NCBI GenBank assembly: GCA_036172245.1
Contig: JAYWIR010000008.1
Span: 2,294,001 to 2,358,000 of the forward strand
Direction: 5' to 3'
Source: Raillietiella orientalis
Lineage: Eukaryota
Length of the DNA: 64,000 nt
Of this stretch, positions 24,248 through 37,800 are shown one piece after another. The notes below the pieces were generated by a model. It made no database searches. It was not told the origin of the DNA and worked only from the letters and a program-made list of their open reading frames with translations. The position numbers and the translations under genes were made by a program. Numbering within the stretch: position 1 is the first letter of the stretch; every line of letters begins with the position of its first letter.

Positions 24248-24599
24248 GTGAGTACGGCCTGAAAATTTGACCTTTCCGTGCGCTTCAGACCGACAGAGGT
24301 CTTCGGAAAGGGGCAGAGCTAGGATCCCCCTTGCCCGTGAAATTCCTCAGCCTGCCCTTCCCTTTACCCCCTCCTCCCTCGATCTCACCAAGGGGGGGAG
24401 GACAGGCAGGCCGAGGAGGCCTTGTTTTTCCAGCTGGGCGCATCGCGTGGGGTGTCCAGGGCGGTCGGCTTTCTCGGCACCTGCTTTCCTCGCGCCCTTT
24501 GGCGGCGGAGGAGGAAAACGCCGGGAGACTGGAACCTCCCTCTCCCGGAAGTGCGGCTCACCATCTCTCTCTCCCTCCCTCCCTCTTTTTTCCCTTTTT

Positions 24600-26200
24600 T
24601 TGCATCTTCTGGAAGCGGTCGTTGCATAGCGAAGTGGAGCCGGGGTCTCGTGGCGAGGAAAAGGATGGGGTAGGGGGTCTTTTTAAGTGCACCCCGTTAC
24701 CGGGTCAAGCAAAGGGACGAAGGGGGGCAGTTCCGACTGCCATCTCGTCTGCGTGCCCTCATGGCGTGGAGATAGAGACGCCCGACGCTTCTTGCGATGC
24801 TTCTGTCACGCGGCCCGGGAACGCTGGATCGCGCACCTCCTCCCACGGGAATCTTCGCCTCTCTCAGCTCTTCTTCGTTTGCCCAAGCTCCCGGGGGAGG
24901 TCGCGGGCTGACCTCCGGGAGAGAGTCACTTCCGTCCTTCTCGCACCGCGCCTCTTCCAGTGCCGTTGCTGGGCGTCCAAACAGGGCGGGCAAGACGCAG
25001 TCCTAAAGGACCGCGTGCAAGAGTCGCGCGGAGAAGCCAGGGTCGTCCTCGGATCTTGCTCGAGCGCCCGCAGCCGCTCCTGGACGACCTGGAAGGCTCT
25101 CAAGAAGCGAGCAGTTCGTCACGGGTTCGCCGTCCCGGGACGGTCTAAGGGCGCGATGGCGAGGGGCTGTTCGGAGCTTTGACGGACCTTTCCGACCCTT
25201 TCCCTATTGACCGCCATCTCAACAGCTTGCTCCTCAGCGGGGCAACCGAGGCTGCTGGAAGAGGAAGAGGGGGAAGAGATGGCAGCTACCCGAGGTAGCT
25301 TCCGGATGAACCGCATGCTAAGAGCACAGCGTGGAGGATACACGCTCTTTTTGCTTGCTGGAACTGCCCTCGAAAAGTGACCAGCCGTCTGGCGAAACCC
25401 CGTGTGCTGCTGCAACCAGCGAGGTCCATCGCCGGGAGGATGCCTTTCCTTCTGCACGCGGGATCTTCTGCGCCCCCGTGGCTCGCTCGGCTGGAAGGGG
25501 AAAGCTCCGCTCGAATCCCAAGGGGCGCCAGGAGCTCCCCGCGCACCTGGTCGCTGCCCAGCATGCGCGCAGGCGGGTGCCGAGGATTTGCCCGTACAGA
25601 ATCAGCGAGAGGTTTCGAGGGTCGGCGGTCGGTTGGTCAAGGGAGGGGGGGAATTCTGTGTCGCATCTGCGACAAATCCGCCAGAGTCCAATCTTTCCTT
25701 TATCCTGAAGATCTTTGGGGCTTTTGATTTTGGAAGGGGGGAGGGATATCGGCACCGGTAAAGGGGGTCCTCAGCTGTTAAAGTGCTGGTCGAAGAACAC
25801 TTTGCCGTCATCTGTTAAATGGGGTCTGCTTGGTTGTCCTCTCAAGTGCGAGTCACTCAGATGGCCTTTTCGCGATGGCCGGAAAATGCGGCAGGCCAAA
25901 GGGAGACAATCAGGCTGGGCGTCTCTCTCTCCGATGGCAGCGCTCATCCGCGGCTCTGGAAGCAGCGAGACAGAAGGGGAGGAGGGCTCTCCACTTCTGA
26001 TCGGAAGCGGCGCCGCTACCGTAAGGGCTAATCTCCGTGGCACCTCTGGGTTCGGGGGTCACGTGACGAAGAAGTCGGAAAGCAGCAAGGGGGCTGGCTG
26101 CCTTTGCTCGGACATCCAGCATTCTCTGGATGCGTGGAATGGGTCACCGCCCGCTATGGAAGCGGACCTCACAGTCTCGAGCTAAGGACACAGGAGGAGA
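24600..26200 (-). mobile_element. Decayed Tx1-like RT remnant
   Basis: YGQILGTRLR (KILA.RL-like) followed by MAVNRERVGKVRQ (VNG..GVRQG-like). Confidence 0.45.
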
Positions 26201-27139
26201 AGACTGCATCTGCATCTGTTTGCACGTGCTACTTGCCAGAAGCGCAAAAAAAAAAAAAAAAAAAAACTTCCAAGCCGCGTCTGTTTTCAATTGCAAATAC
26301 ATTAAGATGTCGAAGAGTGAACCGATGCTTGTAATTAGGAGACGTCAGTTGTGTTGGCATCCTTTGTGGTTCCGCATAGAGGACGGCGAGCTTTGACAGC
26401 CAGACGTTTGAGCTGTCGCCCTCCCCCCCCCCTTCCGATCCGTGGCTCCACGGAAAGCTTCCCGTTCGGATGTTGCATCCAGTACTTTGCCCGCGCTCAA
26501 ACTACCCCTTTTCTTTCCCTCCTCTTGCTCCGCCCTCTACGGTGTCTGCATCCGCGGTAAATTAGCCTAATGGGAGTTCCTTCCCCGAGTTCAGCCCCTG
26601 CTGGTCAGCCACTTCGGTCAGGTCGGCGAAAACGCACAGCGAGGGTGCCTTCGCTCGTGACCAAACAGCAGTCGACTCATTCTGAGATGCCTCAGCAGGC
26701 GGAGATGAATTGCAAAAGAAATCATCGTTTCCAAAAGGGGTAATTTCGCCGCGAACCGGCGATCGGTGTGCACCCTGGCTGCCGGGAAGACCCCGAGGGG
26801 CTGGGAATCTGCTGCTTCGTTCCCGAGTGCCGCCGCTCTTCGGGTGCTGAGTAACGCTCGCTCCTGAAGCTGCGCCAGCCTCTCGTCAGGGCTGACAGGC
26901 GAGACCGGGACGATCGGAGACACGGGAAGCAAGGCGGGGGGCTTTCACTTTTTCCCCACCCGACCGCCGAAGAAAGAAAGTGAGAGGAAGTTGTCCGGCG
27001 GCGGCAGCCGTGTCGACCCTCCTCGACGAGATGCACAGATCCAATGCCAACCTCCGTCCGTTCGTCGGAAAGTGAGTCAACATTGCGTGGTCAGACGTGC
27101 CACCGAAATGAGGCCCTTCCTTATTACTTGCACCAATGC

Positions 27140-27500
27140 ACATATAGATATATATATATGAGTAAAATTCGCAACCTGCATGCCCAAACAGATATACGTA
27201 TGTATGTATGTATGAATTTCCATATATGGATACGTAAACGTATGTATATATGCTTGTGTGTGTATGTGTGCGTATACATGTATATGTAATCTATATATAA
27301 ATATACATAAAAGGCATGTATATTCCCTATTTATAATCTTTAGAATATATGTTAATCTATATGCAAATTTATGTATCAATAATATGTATATATTATTACA
27401 AATAATAGACGCATGCATTTATTTTTTTATAATCATACTATATGCTACTCCATATACAAATATATATAATAGCATATTATATAGATATATATATATATGC
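27140..27500. repeat. AT-rich partial arm related to the foldback-like element
   Basis: GCATGTATATT..TTTATAATC subunits resemble the right arms of 17551-18378 and 21346-22225. Confidence 0.4.
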
Positions 27501-27540
27501 CTTTTTTTGTCTCACCTGCAACCCCTTCTGTCCTGCTCGT

Positions 27541-27582
27541 ATTCTCGCACATTGCACGCTTCGGCATGCAATGTGCGAGAAT
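27541..27582. repeat. Hairpin with a perfect 16-bp stem capped by C(TTCG)G
   Basis: ATTCTCGCACATTGCA-c-GC-TTCG-GC-a-TGCAATGTGCGAGAAT. Confidence 0.9.
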
Positions 27583-28399
27583 TTTTCGGATGTATACACG
27601 TGTGTGTAGTGTATACGTAACCGTGCATGTATGCACAAGCGTGATGTGCTGCGTGACGGAAGATGCGATTCGTGACGGATTTGAACACGCGTGGCGGCTG
27701 CTCATCTGCAGTGTGGAACAGGCGTTTGGTCCAAGCGGTGCGCAGGTCCAAAGTCCAAATCTGCTTCTAAGGAAATGACAGGAGAGGGCGAAGGAGCAGG
27801 CAAGCAGTTGCGCAAGAACAGAATGTGTCCGGGCGGCTTCACAGAAATCATCATTTTTTTTTTTTTTTTTTTCTCTTTACATCTTGAAACCTGCAGAGTC
27901 CTTGAGAGATTCTTCTCGAGGGAGCATCTGCCAGCGCCCGCCGGTATGCCACTCGCAAGCACGCGCGCTCACGCGGGCGCACGCGGAATGGTCCCTGGAA
28001 ACCTCGTCACTGATCCTCTTGCTGATGCAGCTGAAGGAACTGACGTGACCAACAATCACCTCACTCGGTGCGACCAAGAGAAGATTTATGCAAAACGTGA
28101 CCACCTGACCTGCGGACTTTAGAGGACAGCTGAGGCACGAATAATCAAGGAAAAAAAGGAAGAAGGGAAAGAGGGTCAGGAAAGAAACGGGTGAGGAGGA
28201 GGAGACGCGGGGAGATCCAGAGGAAGTTGAGGTCCAGAGAATTCACGGTTTCCAGGTTTCCGAGAGTTCCCTTCTTCGCGCCATCTTGCTGTACCACATG
28301 CTCCCTTTGCTGCTGCGCTGCTCGGCGAGGAGGCGGGTCACGGTGGCAGCCTCGGAGGTCGCCGAACGAGATCCACTCGGTTTGTGGCGAAACGTGCGG

Positions 28400-30450
28400 C
28401 TTCCGGCCGCCCGAGACGTGAAAGAAGCGCTTCACCCTCCGAACTGCCTTCCCTCTCGACAGCCTCCCAAACTGCCACTTCGTCGCCGCCCTTCACCACG
28501 GTGTCCGTCCTCCGACTGCTGGAAGGGCTGGCAGTCCGAAACTGATGATGCTGCGATGCATCGAAACCCAAGACCTAAGCAGAACGGTGCGGAGTGCTCA
28601 TGCCAAAGACACAGGCGGTGCCTTTGGCCAGAGGGTTCAAAGGCCGCAACTCAGATTCTTGGAAGCATGAAAACGTTGAAGAAGCTCCTCTGGGTTTTGG
28701 TTTCTGGTCCCCCCCCCCCCCCCCCAATGCGTATTCGCTGTTTGCCCTCCGCCTACTCGGTCGAGAGAAACCTCCCTTCCAAGCTGACGGTTCGAAGGAC
28801 AAGCGCACCCGTGGGTCCTTCCGAACTTCTCACTGGAGTTTCCTTTCGGCCTCAACGACTTCCTGGAAGCGTGAGGACTTTGAGGTTCTTCGGATGCGCT
28901 CGCGGCGCAGCGCACGGATGCAGATGTCGCCTTTCCGCCACGCGCTTTGCGGTTCTTCCACCGGAGAGAAGCACCAAGAACAGAAACGAAAGCAGGGGAC
29001 CACCGGTTTGAAGGCGGTCTTTGATTATCCATTTGCAGCGTCTCCAGCATGATTTCGTTCGTTCTCGAAGGAAGAACGAAATCTACCCCCCCCCCCTTCC
29101 CTCCCTCTTCTTGATAGGTTTCCTTCGATTTCCAAGGCAACGGCTGTCTCGGAAAATTCGTTCGTAATGCTGAGATATTCAAGGAGGAGAATCCTTGGCA
29201 CGAGAGTCACGCGTGCTGCCGACGACAGTCTTTCTGATGGCTGTGCATGACTCATAGGCCGGGTATCCAGGTCTTGTTTTGGTCTCCTTGGAGACCAGCC
29301 GTGTTCGCCCGCGTTAGAGTCACGTTCGGAAGCCTCCCGAAGTGATGCTCAGAGAGGGTAGGGACGAGGTGGCAGCATTCGACCCTCACCCGCGTCGTTG
29401 GCATTCGATACCGTTTGAACCCAGCCGGGCATTGCAGAAAAACGGGTCCGGGAGGCTGCACACCCGCGCGACGCCGCCTGCCAGCGAGGAGAAGGCCTCC
29501 TTTTTGGCTCGAACAAGAAGATTCCGGAAACATCGCGCGGGTCCAGCGAGGTTTCCTCCGAAAGCGACGGAAGAGTCTGACGAAGAGCACTCGTGTGCCC
29601 AAAAAACGAAGAGGGAACGTTTTCCTCCACGAGAGAGGCGCGCCCATCTAGAAGGCGGGGACCTCTCCCCCCCCCTCCCTCCCCTTCCAGCGAGAGGATT
29701 TTCTCCCGACGCGAGAAGAGCTCCGGACGAGGCCACCTTCTTCGGAGATCTGCTTCCGAAGTGTCCCTCGGGTTAGACAGAGCTGGCACACAGCGTCCCT
29801 GCACGTTCCCTCCTCCCTGAAACCCTCATCCGGCCTCCGGCTGTCCCAAGAAGATCGTTGCCGGAGAATCCTGAAGATCGCCTCGGGCCGGGTGATCCGA
29901 CCACGCCCCCTCAGCAGTGTGGACTCTCCCAGACGAAAGGACGGCTTTTTTTGCAGCATTCCGAGCGAGCGAGTCTTCAGACCAGAACCGTTCCTCGCGT
30001 GGAGGAACCCGTTCCGTCACTTCCAGAGCGCCCGGCACGCGGGTCGGGCCTCTCTGAAAGTCCGGAAGACGCTCCCACCGGGACGACCACGCTCTTACTC
30101 CTGTTGACACTCACGCCTGCTCCCCGACAGAGCGCCACTCACTCCCGCCTCCCGGAAAGAGTGGGAGGGGAAGCCGAATGGGAGAGTCGGGGGTCACTAG
30201 TCTCGGCCGTCCTGGTATCGGTACGGCGTGCCACCGTCCCGGCTTCTGGATGCAGGTGGAGCCACTCGGCAGCCGTCCTCGCGCGGGCGTCTGCCGTGCG
30301 GGTGGCCAGCCTACGCGGCGCCCACGCCCGCAAGACACGGCTCGGGGATGCAGCTCCGCCGGGCGTGTCGCACCGGGCACCCCGGTGCAGGAGACACGGT
30401 TCTGTTGCCGACTCGGGGGGAATACGGAAGCGTCCCGGCGAGGAGAGAGG
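28400..30450 (-). mobile_element. Highly decayed Tx1-like remnant
   Basis: LSEHH (SDH-like) and RVTLVP (I.LIPK-like) in the expected order. Weak support. Confidence 0.3.
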
Positions 30451-30570
30451 AACCTCAAGTTCTTCGGGGCTCACGTACGAAACTGTGCACGCATTTGGTG
30501 CGCAGTTCACGGGAACGGGTAGCGCCACGGAAACGTGTGGTATGTCACGCGGGTGGATATGTGGTGGTGT

Positions 30571-31833
30571 CTTGAAACTCGGTTGCGTTCCGGAGCGTTT
30601 GTTAATAGAAAATAGACATATATGTGGCAGGACACGTTACAAATGTAATTATGGGAACCTGCAGAGAACCGGCACGCAGGCCGGCGAGGTTCACCTCGGC
30701 AGCAGAGGAGGAGAGGAACAAACAAAAAGAAAAATAAAACAAAAAAATACATGCAAAAAAAATTGGGAGGGTTCGGAAAGGGATCACTGTGTGCTGGAGG
30801 GCGTCCCCTGCATCCTTGTAAGGATGCTGGCAAGTTCCTGTTTTAAAATCCCCAGGTGGTGACATCTTGACGCTATTTTCATGAAGAGGACAGCAAAACA
30901 GATGGCATCCCTGTCGTTCTGGCCTCTGGCGTTGCTCTATGCAGCCACGATCCCGCGTAGGCAGCACAGTGTTGCAAGGGATGCGGCCGGCGGTGAAGGC
31001 GTCGTGCAGGAAGAGGCGCTTCAAAACGTTTCTGGGGTTGCCCTAGAGGATCCTCAGGGACGCGGAAAGTGTTCCCACAGGGGAAGGAGGGCAATCTATG
31101 AGCAGGTGCCGGAGGAACTCCCTTTCCCCGCACCTGCTGAAGTTCGGGCTGCACTCTCCCGGGTCCATTGACGTCGGCGGGCATTGCACGGGAGGCCCCA
31201 ATGCAGCAGCAGGATCTCCGATTCCTGCCACTTAAAGGGGAGGGTTGCACTGTTCCATCACGCTGGAGGCCACTGTATCGGAAAAAATTTGTGGCAGTTC
31301 TTCCCAGCGTAGCAGTCCTTTAGGTGGGACACTCTGGTTGGCAGCGTCCGTTATCTCACGAGTGGTCCATCCATCCGGGTGTTTCTTTTTATTTTGTATT
31401 TCGCACGTTACTTCCCACCTCGCAGGAAGTTGCCTGTCCATTGCTCCTCTCAGGGAGGGCAGCACTGGGGTGAGGGGGGTGAACGACTCCCTAAGCAGGT
31501 TCCTGGTGTTACCCAGGATCTCCCTCAACGGCTGACGAGTGTACCTGCTGCTCCGTTGGCAGATGCACTCTGCCTCGCCCGTGGCGTCAATTTTACCCCA
31601 TGCGGAAATGGGAATCCTGCATTCAGGCAGTCCAGTTCGTGGGGAGAACAGAGATCCAGGGGTTGCCGCTGCACCAAGGCAGCCATTTGGCGAATTCGTG
31701 AGCCAAGATGGCTCAGACTTCGGTCGATGGCCACGAAGACCGAAGTAGGCTCCTCGCAGCTGGTTGCCCGCTTAGCGAGGATTCGTGCCGCAGCGCACCA
31801 AGGCGTGACCCACAGCTTGGGCGCAACGCCGAT
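30571..31833 (-). mobile_element. 5'-truncated Tx1-like insertion with a perfect 18-bp target-site duplication
   Basis: GTGGATATGTGGTGGTGT at 30553-30570 and 31834-31851. Internal SRCGEREFLRHLLIDC. The 3' UTR is similar to 14780-15000. Confidence 0.8.
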
Positions 31834-32099
31834 GTGGATATGTGGTGGTGTGTGGCGCTTCGTGAGACCTCGGTGCTCTCTGGCTCTCCCCGCCCCACCC
31901 GAGGCTTCCAAATGGCGCTGGGAGGAAAGGTGCTGGTTAAATGCAAAGTCGCGTGAAGGTCGAGGAGTTTCCCGGTCGGTAGGGGAAGGACGCACAGGTG
32001 GGGTAGATGAAGGAAGGAACCGGATTTTAATCAGGTGCCACGTGCGTTGTCTCGTTCTGTACAACTCTATACATGTGACCCCGCCGCCTCAGGCAGCCG

Positions 32100-33950
32100 C
32101 GGCCGAACCGACCGGTTTGCTCTGGCTTCTCTTTGCCGTTGGCCTCTGAGCTCCACTCTCCTTCTGCGAGAGAGACCTTGGTCGCTGACCTCTCTCGGAC
32201 CGCTGTCACCACCGACTCGTGCTTTCGTTGGCCGCCGCCCACGGGGATAAGCGCGTCGTCTTCCGTGCACCTTCATCTGCGAAGATGCAAAATGGCAGAG
32301 ATCTCGACGGCGCTGTTTTCGCGCAGGTGATCGCCAGGTTGCGCCTTAGGATCGAGCCCCCTTTTCTCCTTCTTCCAGCGGCTCCCACCATGCGAACCCC
32401 GGAGCGTCGAGGCTCTCGGAAACTGCAGATGGGGGACGCGAACATCGCGCAAGGTCGGCGGCCACAACGCTTCCGACTGGACTTTCTGGCTTCCTCCTTT
32501 GATGAAGGGGAAAGCTCGCCCTGCCCACGCCGACCGTGCATTTCGTTCGGTGTGGGGAGCGTTGAGATATTGCATCCGGAAGTGGAACCTGGCTATGATG
32601 TACGAACAAGGTCGTCGTGGTCTGCCGGTCCTCCCTGGAAGTCACCGAGCTGCAGAACCAAACGAGAGGTGGCGGCCGCTGTCGTTGGTCACGGTGTCAT
32701 GCCGAGAACGGCAGTGGATTGGTCGTGCCTCTGTCCAGTCGTACCTCTGCAACCTTCTGGGGTGTGAACCGGGACGTGTCTGGTATTGACCCCACACATG
32801 ACTCAGATTTCGTACATGCATTCCCACACGTTGGGTGGATTCTCCACGATTTTTCCTCCTCCCAGAAGCTCTCTGACGGCTCCTCGTCCTGGATAGTGGT
32901 CCAGAATGTCGTCCGGCTATGCTGGATTGTTAGCTCGCGCCTCCAAGTTATTTTTCCTGTTTACTGTTTTGACGCGGGGGACCGCTATTCTTCTGAGCAC
33001 CTTTTCGCTCTTCGGAACCGAGGCGCCCAGAGATCCCACCACTAGCGCTCTCTCAGACGAAGAGTGGGAGGAAGTGGCGAAAAGAGGCACAACTCCCAGT
33101 GTGTGCGCTCTCCCTTCTTTGCCGCTCTTCTTTCGGAGCTGCCGATGACGAGTTTTCCCACGGACGGGCAGCCTCAAGCATAATGATCCGACCCTCGTTC
33201 TGGTCACGCCTGTTACGATGGAACCTTTATTTTTCAAAGAAAACGAACATACGACGTAGGAAGCTGAGAACTCCTTGGTTCTCTTCTCTTCTTCTCTTCT
33301 TCCCTCCCTCCTCCTCCTCTGCTTCCGCCTTCCTCCTCCTCTACCTTCCTTTTCCGCCTTCTTCCTTGCAATCCTCCGGAATGCTTCCCTTCACCCCTGT
33401 GTTTCTCTACAGACAGTGTCAGCGTCTGGACGCTCCGGAGACTCTTCTCCGTGGTTTTTTCCTCCCACCTTCTCACGACCATCGTCCTTGGACCGAGAGC
33501 GACGGCGACTCTAGGACCAGCGGTCTCACCATCCCAGCGCGGCTCGCATCTTTTTCTCGGAGCCGTCCCAGACCCTGGGCGCGTTGCTTCCCTTTCGCGC
33601 TTGGGGGATCACAAGGGCGCTCCTTCGCCTGAATTGGCGTAGTTCCAGAGAGACCGGTAACCGCGTCACGCCTCCTACGGTTCATCTTCTCAGGCGCGCC
33701 TGCGGAACCGGACAAGCGCGAGACGGCGTCGCTATCATTTCCTGATCCTCCCGATCTCAGGAAGAGCCTGGTGTGGAACCGACCTTGAGCATCCGCCGCC
33801 TGCTCGTTCGCCCCTCCGGAGGTCGCCTGGCAACCGCGCAGCGGCCCCTCCTTTTTCACCCAGCCCGCCCGCGCGTTACCGGAACGGAGCGGATCTTTCG
33901 CAGAGATGCCCTGAAAAAGAGAAGGAGGCTGACGAGATGACACCAACCTA
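32100..33950 (-). mobile_element. Decayed Tx1-like ORF1/endonuclease remnant
   Basis: EVRLDR (SRLDR-like endonuclease motif) near 32735, with an ORF1-like region upstream. Confidence 0.35.
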
Positions 33951-34882
33951 CATCAATCACCTTTTCTTCCGAAACGCGCGCTCGGCCGTTATCTGCCCAG
34001 CGAGGAGCGCTGTTCGAGGGGATGAGTGAGTGACGTCACAGGCAGCGACGCTTCTCGCACACGCCGTTCTTCCGGAGCGCAGTCGAGGGAGGATCCTCAT
34101 GATCCCTCGAGGGATCCTCTGCAGCCTCGGGGCAGCTCTCGAGCTGCAGAAAGCCGAAACGAGACCTCCCGCTCCTAACCTCGGCCTCTCTCCCCCATGG
34201 CGATCTCCGGGAGTTCACGCATTCTCCGGGCGGTAGCGGCTCGGATGGAGTCCGTTTCCGGCTGCCCCCAGTGGTGGTGGGGCGGTCCCTGAGGACCGAG
34301 CCAGTCTCGCTGTCGCCGTCGGCGGCCTGCTGCTCTCCCTCCTCCCTCAGTTGCATGGCTGCCCGCACCCCTCTGGCCAAGCCCCTTCTCCTCCCAACCT
34401 CCTGTTCTTCCTCCGATCTTCAAAGACCTCACCGCCGGTCGCTGGCGTTCACGCAGGAGGAGGTCTCCCACGTTCCCCGTCCCAGTAGCTCGGGAGGTTC
34501 CCTCTCCGTCGGATTTCACGTCGAAGGGAAAACCCGTGCCGTGTCGTGCACGCGTGCGAAACTCTCACTTTCGGTCGGCGCCTCCTTCCCTTTGGATCCG
34601 AGTCCTTCTGCTACCGAAATGCAACAGAAAGCTTGGTGAAATCCAGTACGTACATCAACTACGTACTGGACTTTCCAGCATGTACCTACACAGAGCAGAG
34701 TAGCCATGCGAGCGGAGTGGAACGCTTAGTAGCCCTGGTATTTGTGTACATATGCCTTGAACGGGTATGCATGCGTACGTAAGTGCCGAGGCGCAATCGG
34801 GTCGAGGTGTTTGAGGGATGAATCCACGCGCGCTGCATCTGACGAAAGCAGGCCGGCTCACGTGGACCTGTATGGTTTTCAG

Positions 34883-37800
34883 ATCTTCTGGAGCGCCCTA
34901 TCTCTGGCGTTGGGAACCGAGATACGAGGACACATCACCTTCGGGCTGCCTTGCAGCGACCACACCAACAACTTCTACTGCTCCTCCCCAGGACAGAACT
35001 ACCCCAAGTAAGTGCGGGGCATCTCGCTTTGTCCAGCTTCTCGTCCACTCGCTCGCTATCTCTTTCGAGGCCCGCGGGTCCAAGGGAAACTGGTGTCCAG
35101 AGTCCGCGCTGATCCCGCCCTACCTACCTACCTCCCCTCCGTCAGCCGGCGTCGGTTTCCGTGACGTCGCGCGTCTTTCGGAGCCACAGGCAGCGGCATC
35201 CCAGCTGCATCCCCTTCGGATGGAGAGCAACCCGTACGGCTGGACCCATGTGCGTCGCGCGATTCCGTCCGTCAGCACACTGGCTCCTCCTCCTTCCCCC
35301 CTCCTCTTTCATCGGGGGCTCGGCACAGCCTTCTCTCAGGATCGCCGTCATCTTTCGACCGCACAGGAAACACGCCGCGGGAGTTGTTGCCTTGCGTGCG
35401 TCCGTTTGCTTTTTGCGTGGGCTCTTTCTCACGGGTCCAAAGAACTTCGCGTGCTCGTCTGCGAGCATGGCGTGCGCCGCATTGTGGTCTGAGACATACA
35501 CGCACGCGCGTGTAGGCGAGTCTCATTCTCACTCTGCGAGATCCTGCTTATCGGCGGGAGAGGGGACGCTTCCTTCTGCAGACTGGGGGTCGAGAATCCT
35601 CCCTCTTCCGGGAGCAACGTGACGTCAGGGCTGGTTGGTTTCTCGATGGCCAAGCATAAACGAACGCGCGAAGAGCATGAGGATGGGGAAGGAAGGGAGG
35701 GGAGGGGCGGGCGCGTCTCCCGTGGCGCTTCACAAAGTGGCATCCGAGGCTGCTGGAGTCTGTTGCACCTCAAACCGACCTCCCGAAGCGTGAAGACGGA
35801 AGAATCCAGGACATTTCGCGGAGGAAAAAATTCAGCTTGAATTCGGGAGCTGGACCCTGGACACGCAAGCACCGCACCTGTTCTTTCCGGCTGTACCATT
35901 TCGAACCTTCCGGCCGAAGAAAGCATGGCAGTGTTTACGACTCAAGCAGGAAGGAGCGAGAGGCAGAGGAGACCCGTCGAAAAAAGGGAACAGGAGGTGG
36001 ACAAGAAGATGCGCAGGATTGCTTTAGCTCTGGACGCTGAGAGATCCACTCTTTCAATCCAATTTCTTCAATGGAGAGACCGATATGCAGTCTCCACTAG
36101 GCACTTCTGATGCGCTTTTCGTCCTTCGAGAGGTGCCTCTGAACCGGACGGTCAGATCATATACAGGGATGAAGGAACATGAGGTCATCCAGGTTATGCG
36201 GAGCATTAGGCGGTCTTTGCCATCTCAGTGCGCAGCGGCCGTTTCCTTCTGAATCGAGTTGTCATGATCATCGAACGCTCCAGAAATTCATGGTGAAGGC
36301 GAACACCACAAAATTCCGTGCGTTCATGACTTGACTCCCACCGCTTACCCTGCCAGCGGCACGCAGCGTGGCTAAGCGAACCCAGTTTGATGGCTTGCAT
36401 CGAAGGAAAGAGGCATGTTCGGGGAGACTTCCTCGAGCTTTGGGATGTCCTTTTCGCTGAGTTTTCGAGCTGGGTTCGAGAATCTTCCTGCTCCGGTTCC
36501 TTCTATGCGAAGAGGAGCTCGAAGAGCCCTCAGGAGTCACTCTGTGAAGGTGACGAAAGAGGTGGCTAAGAAAAGCTGTCGAACCGAAATTCGGAAGTGG
36601 TCCGAACGATGGATAGGCGGGAGGGAAACTCGTGGATGCGGAGGAGAGAACCCCTTGTGGAGAGATGTGCTCGGGTAAGCTGAGGGAGGCTGGAAGCCAT
36701 CCGCCGAACTACGTGATTCGACGGAGGAGCGTGCGTGGGAACGAGGCTCTCTTCCTGCCATGGTTCCTCTAGAGTATCAATCTCCCGGTGACTCACCATC
36801 GACAGTGGGCAGTCCACCCACAGATCTCCTTGCAAGAATGGGCGAATGGCACAAAAAAGAAGGAGAAGAAGAAGCAAAAACGTGTTCCAAACGAAGACAG
36901 TAAAAACGTCACTGGCTGGCAGGTTCCTGCTAGAAGATACTGAAGATGAAGGCAAAACAAAAATCTCGGATGTAGGTGGTCCGAAGTCTGATTCCAGGAG
37001 GCACGAATCTTGTCCGACCAACAGCCTCATTTGTTGCCGCGACCCAGAAAGAAATGTCATGGAGGTGGCTTTACGGAGGGCCGAGGGAGTGCGGCTGCCT
37101 GCCGCCCAAGCTCACCTGCGAGAGAAACTCCTCTGCAGACTCCAGACCTTCGCTCTTCCAGACCTGCAAGAAACCACTGCGATCCGGCAAAAGGCGTTAT
37201 TCGAGCATCCTCCCAGGGCACTGCTACAGTCAGTTGCTTCTGCCGCCGTCACATGAATTGCAATCGCCCGGCATTTCTAAAAAGACTTTGGGTCAGGAAC
37301 CTCAGCTAAAATAGCAATCCTTGATTCCTTCCCTGTGTCTGGAACAGTCAGCAGAAACTGAGCATTGTCCAATAGCTCATTGCATTGCTTTAGTCATTCA
37401 TAGTGATTCACGTATGGAGTTTCTTATTGTTTCTATTTGTTGTTTTACGTTCATCGCCAAGGTCTTCCCAAGCATTTGCAACTTCTTCAGCCAGAGTCTC
37501 CTTTTTTTCTGAGTGATCATTTACCACTGTCAGTTCATCTTTTAAAGCAACCGAGCAGCCACAAAGATGTCAGAATTTTTTCGGTTCAGAAGAAGGTGTG
37601 GCGTCCAACGAGTAATCTACTCCTTGCGCGCCATTTATCTCCGAAAGCCGTCGTCATTAAGAAGCTGTAATTAGTGTACGATTTCCATGGTTCTTTAATG
37701 ACAGAATTTCTTTTCTTTTTTTTGGGGAGGGGCGAAATCTTCAAAGCGGTCCGTGAGTCAAAAGCCACGTGGGTTTGCCAGACCTATCTCTTATCGATTC

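Noticed and set aside
28541..28570. CTGATGA...GAAA hammerhead-like core (also CTGATGA at ~10434)
   Set aside because: Stem II is not flush with GAAA and no stems I/III were found. The 10434 site has no GAAA partner.
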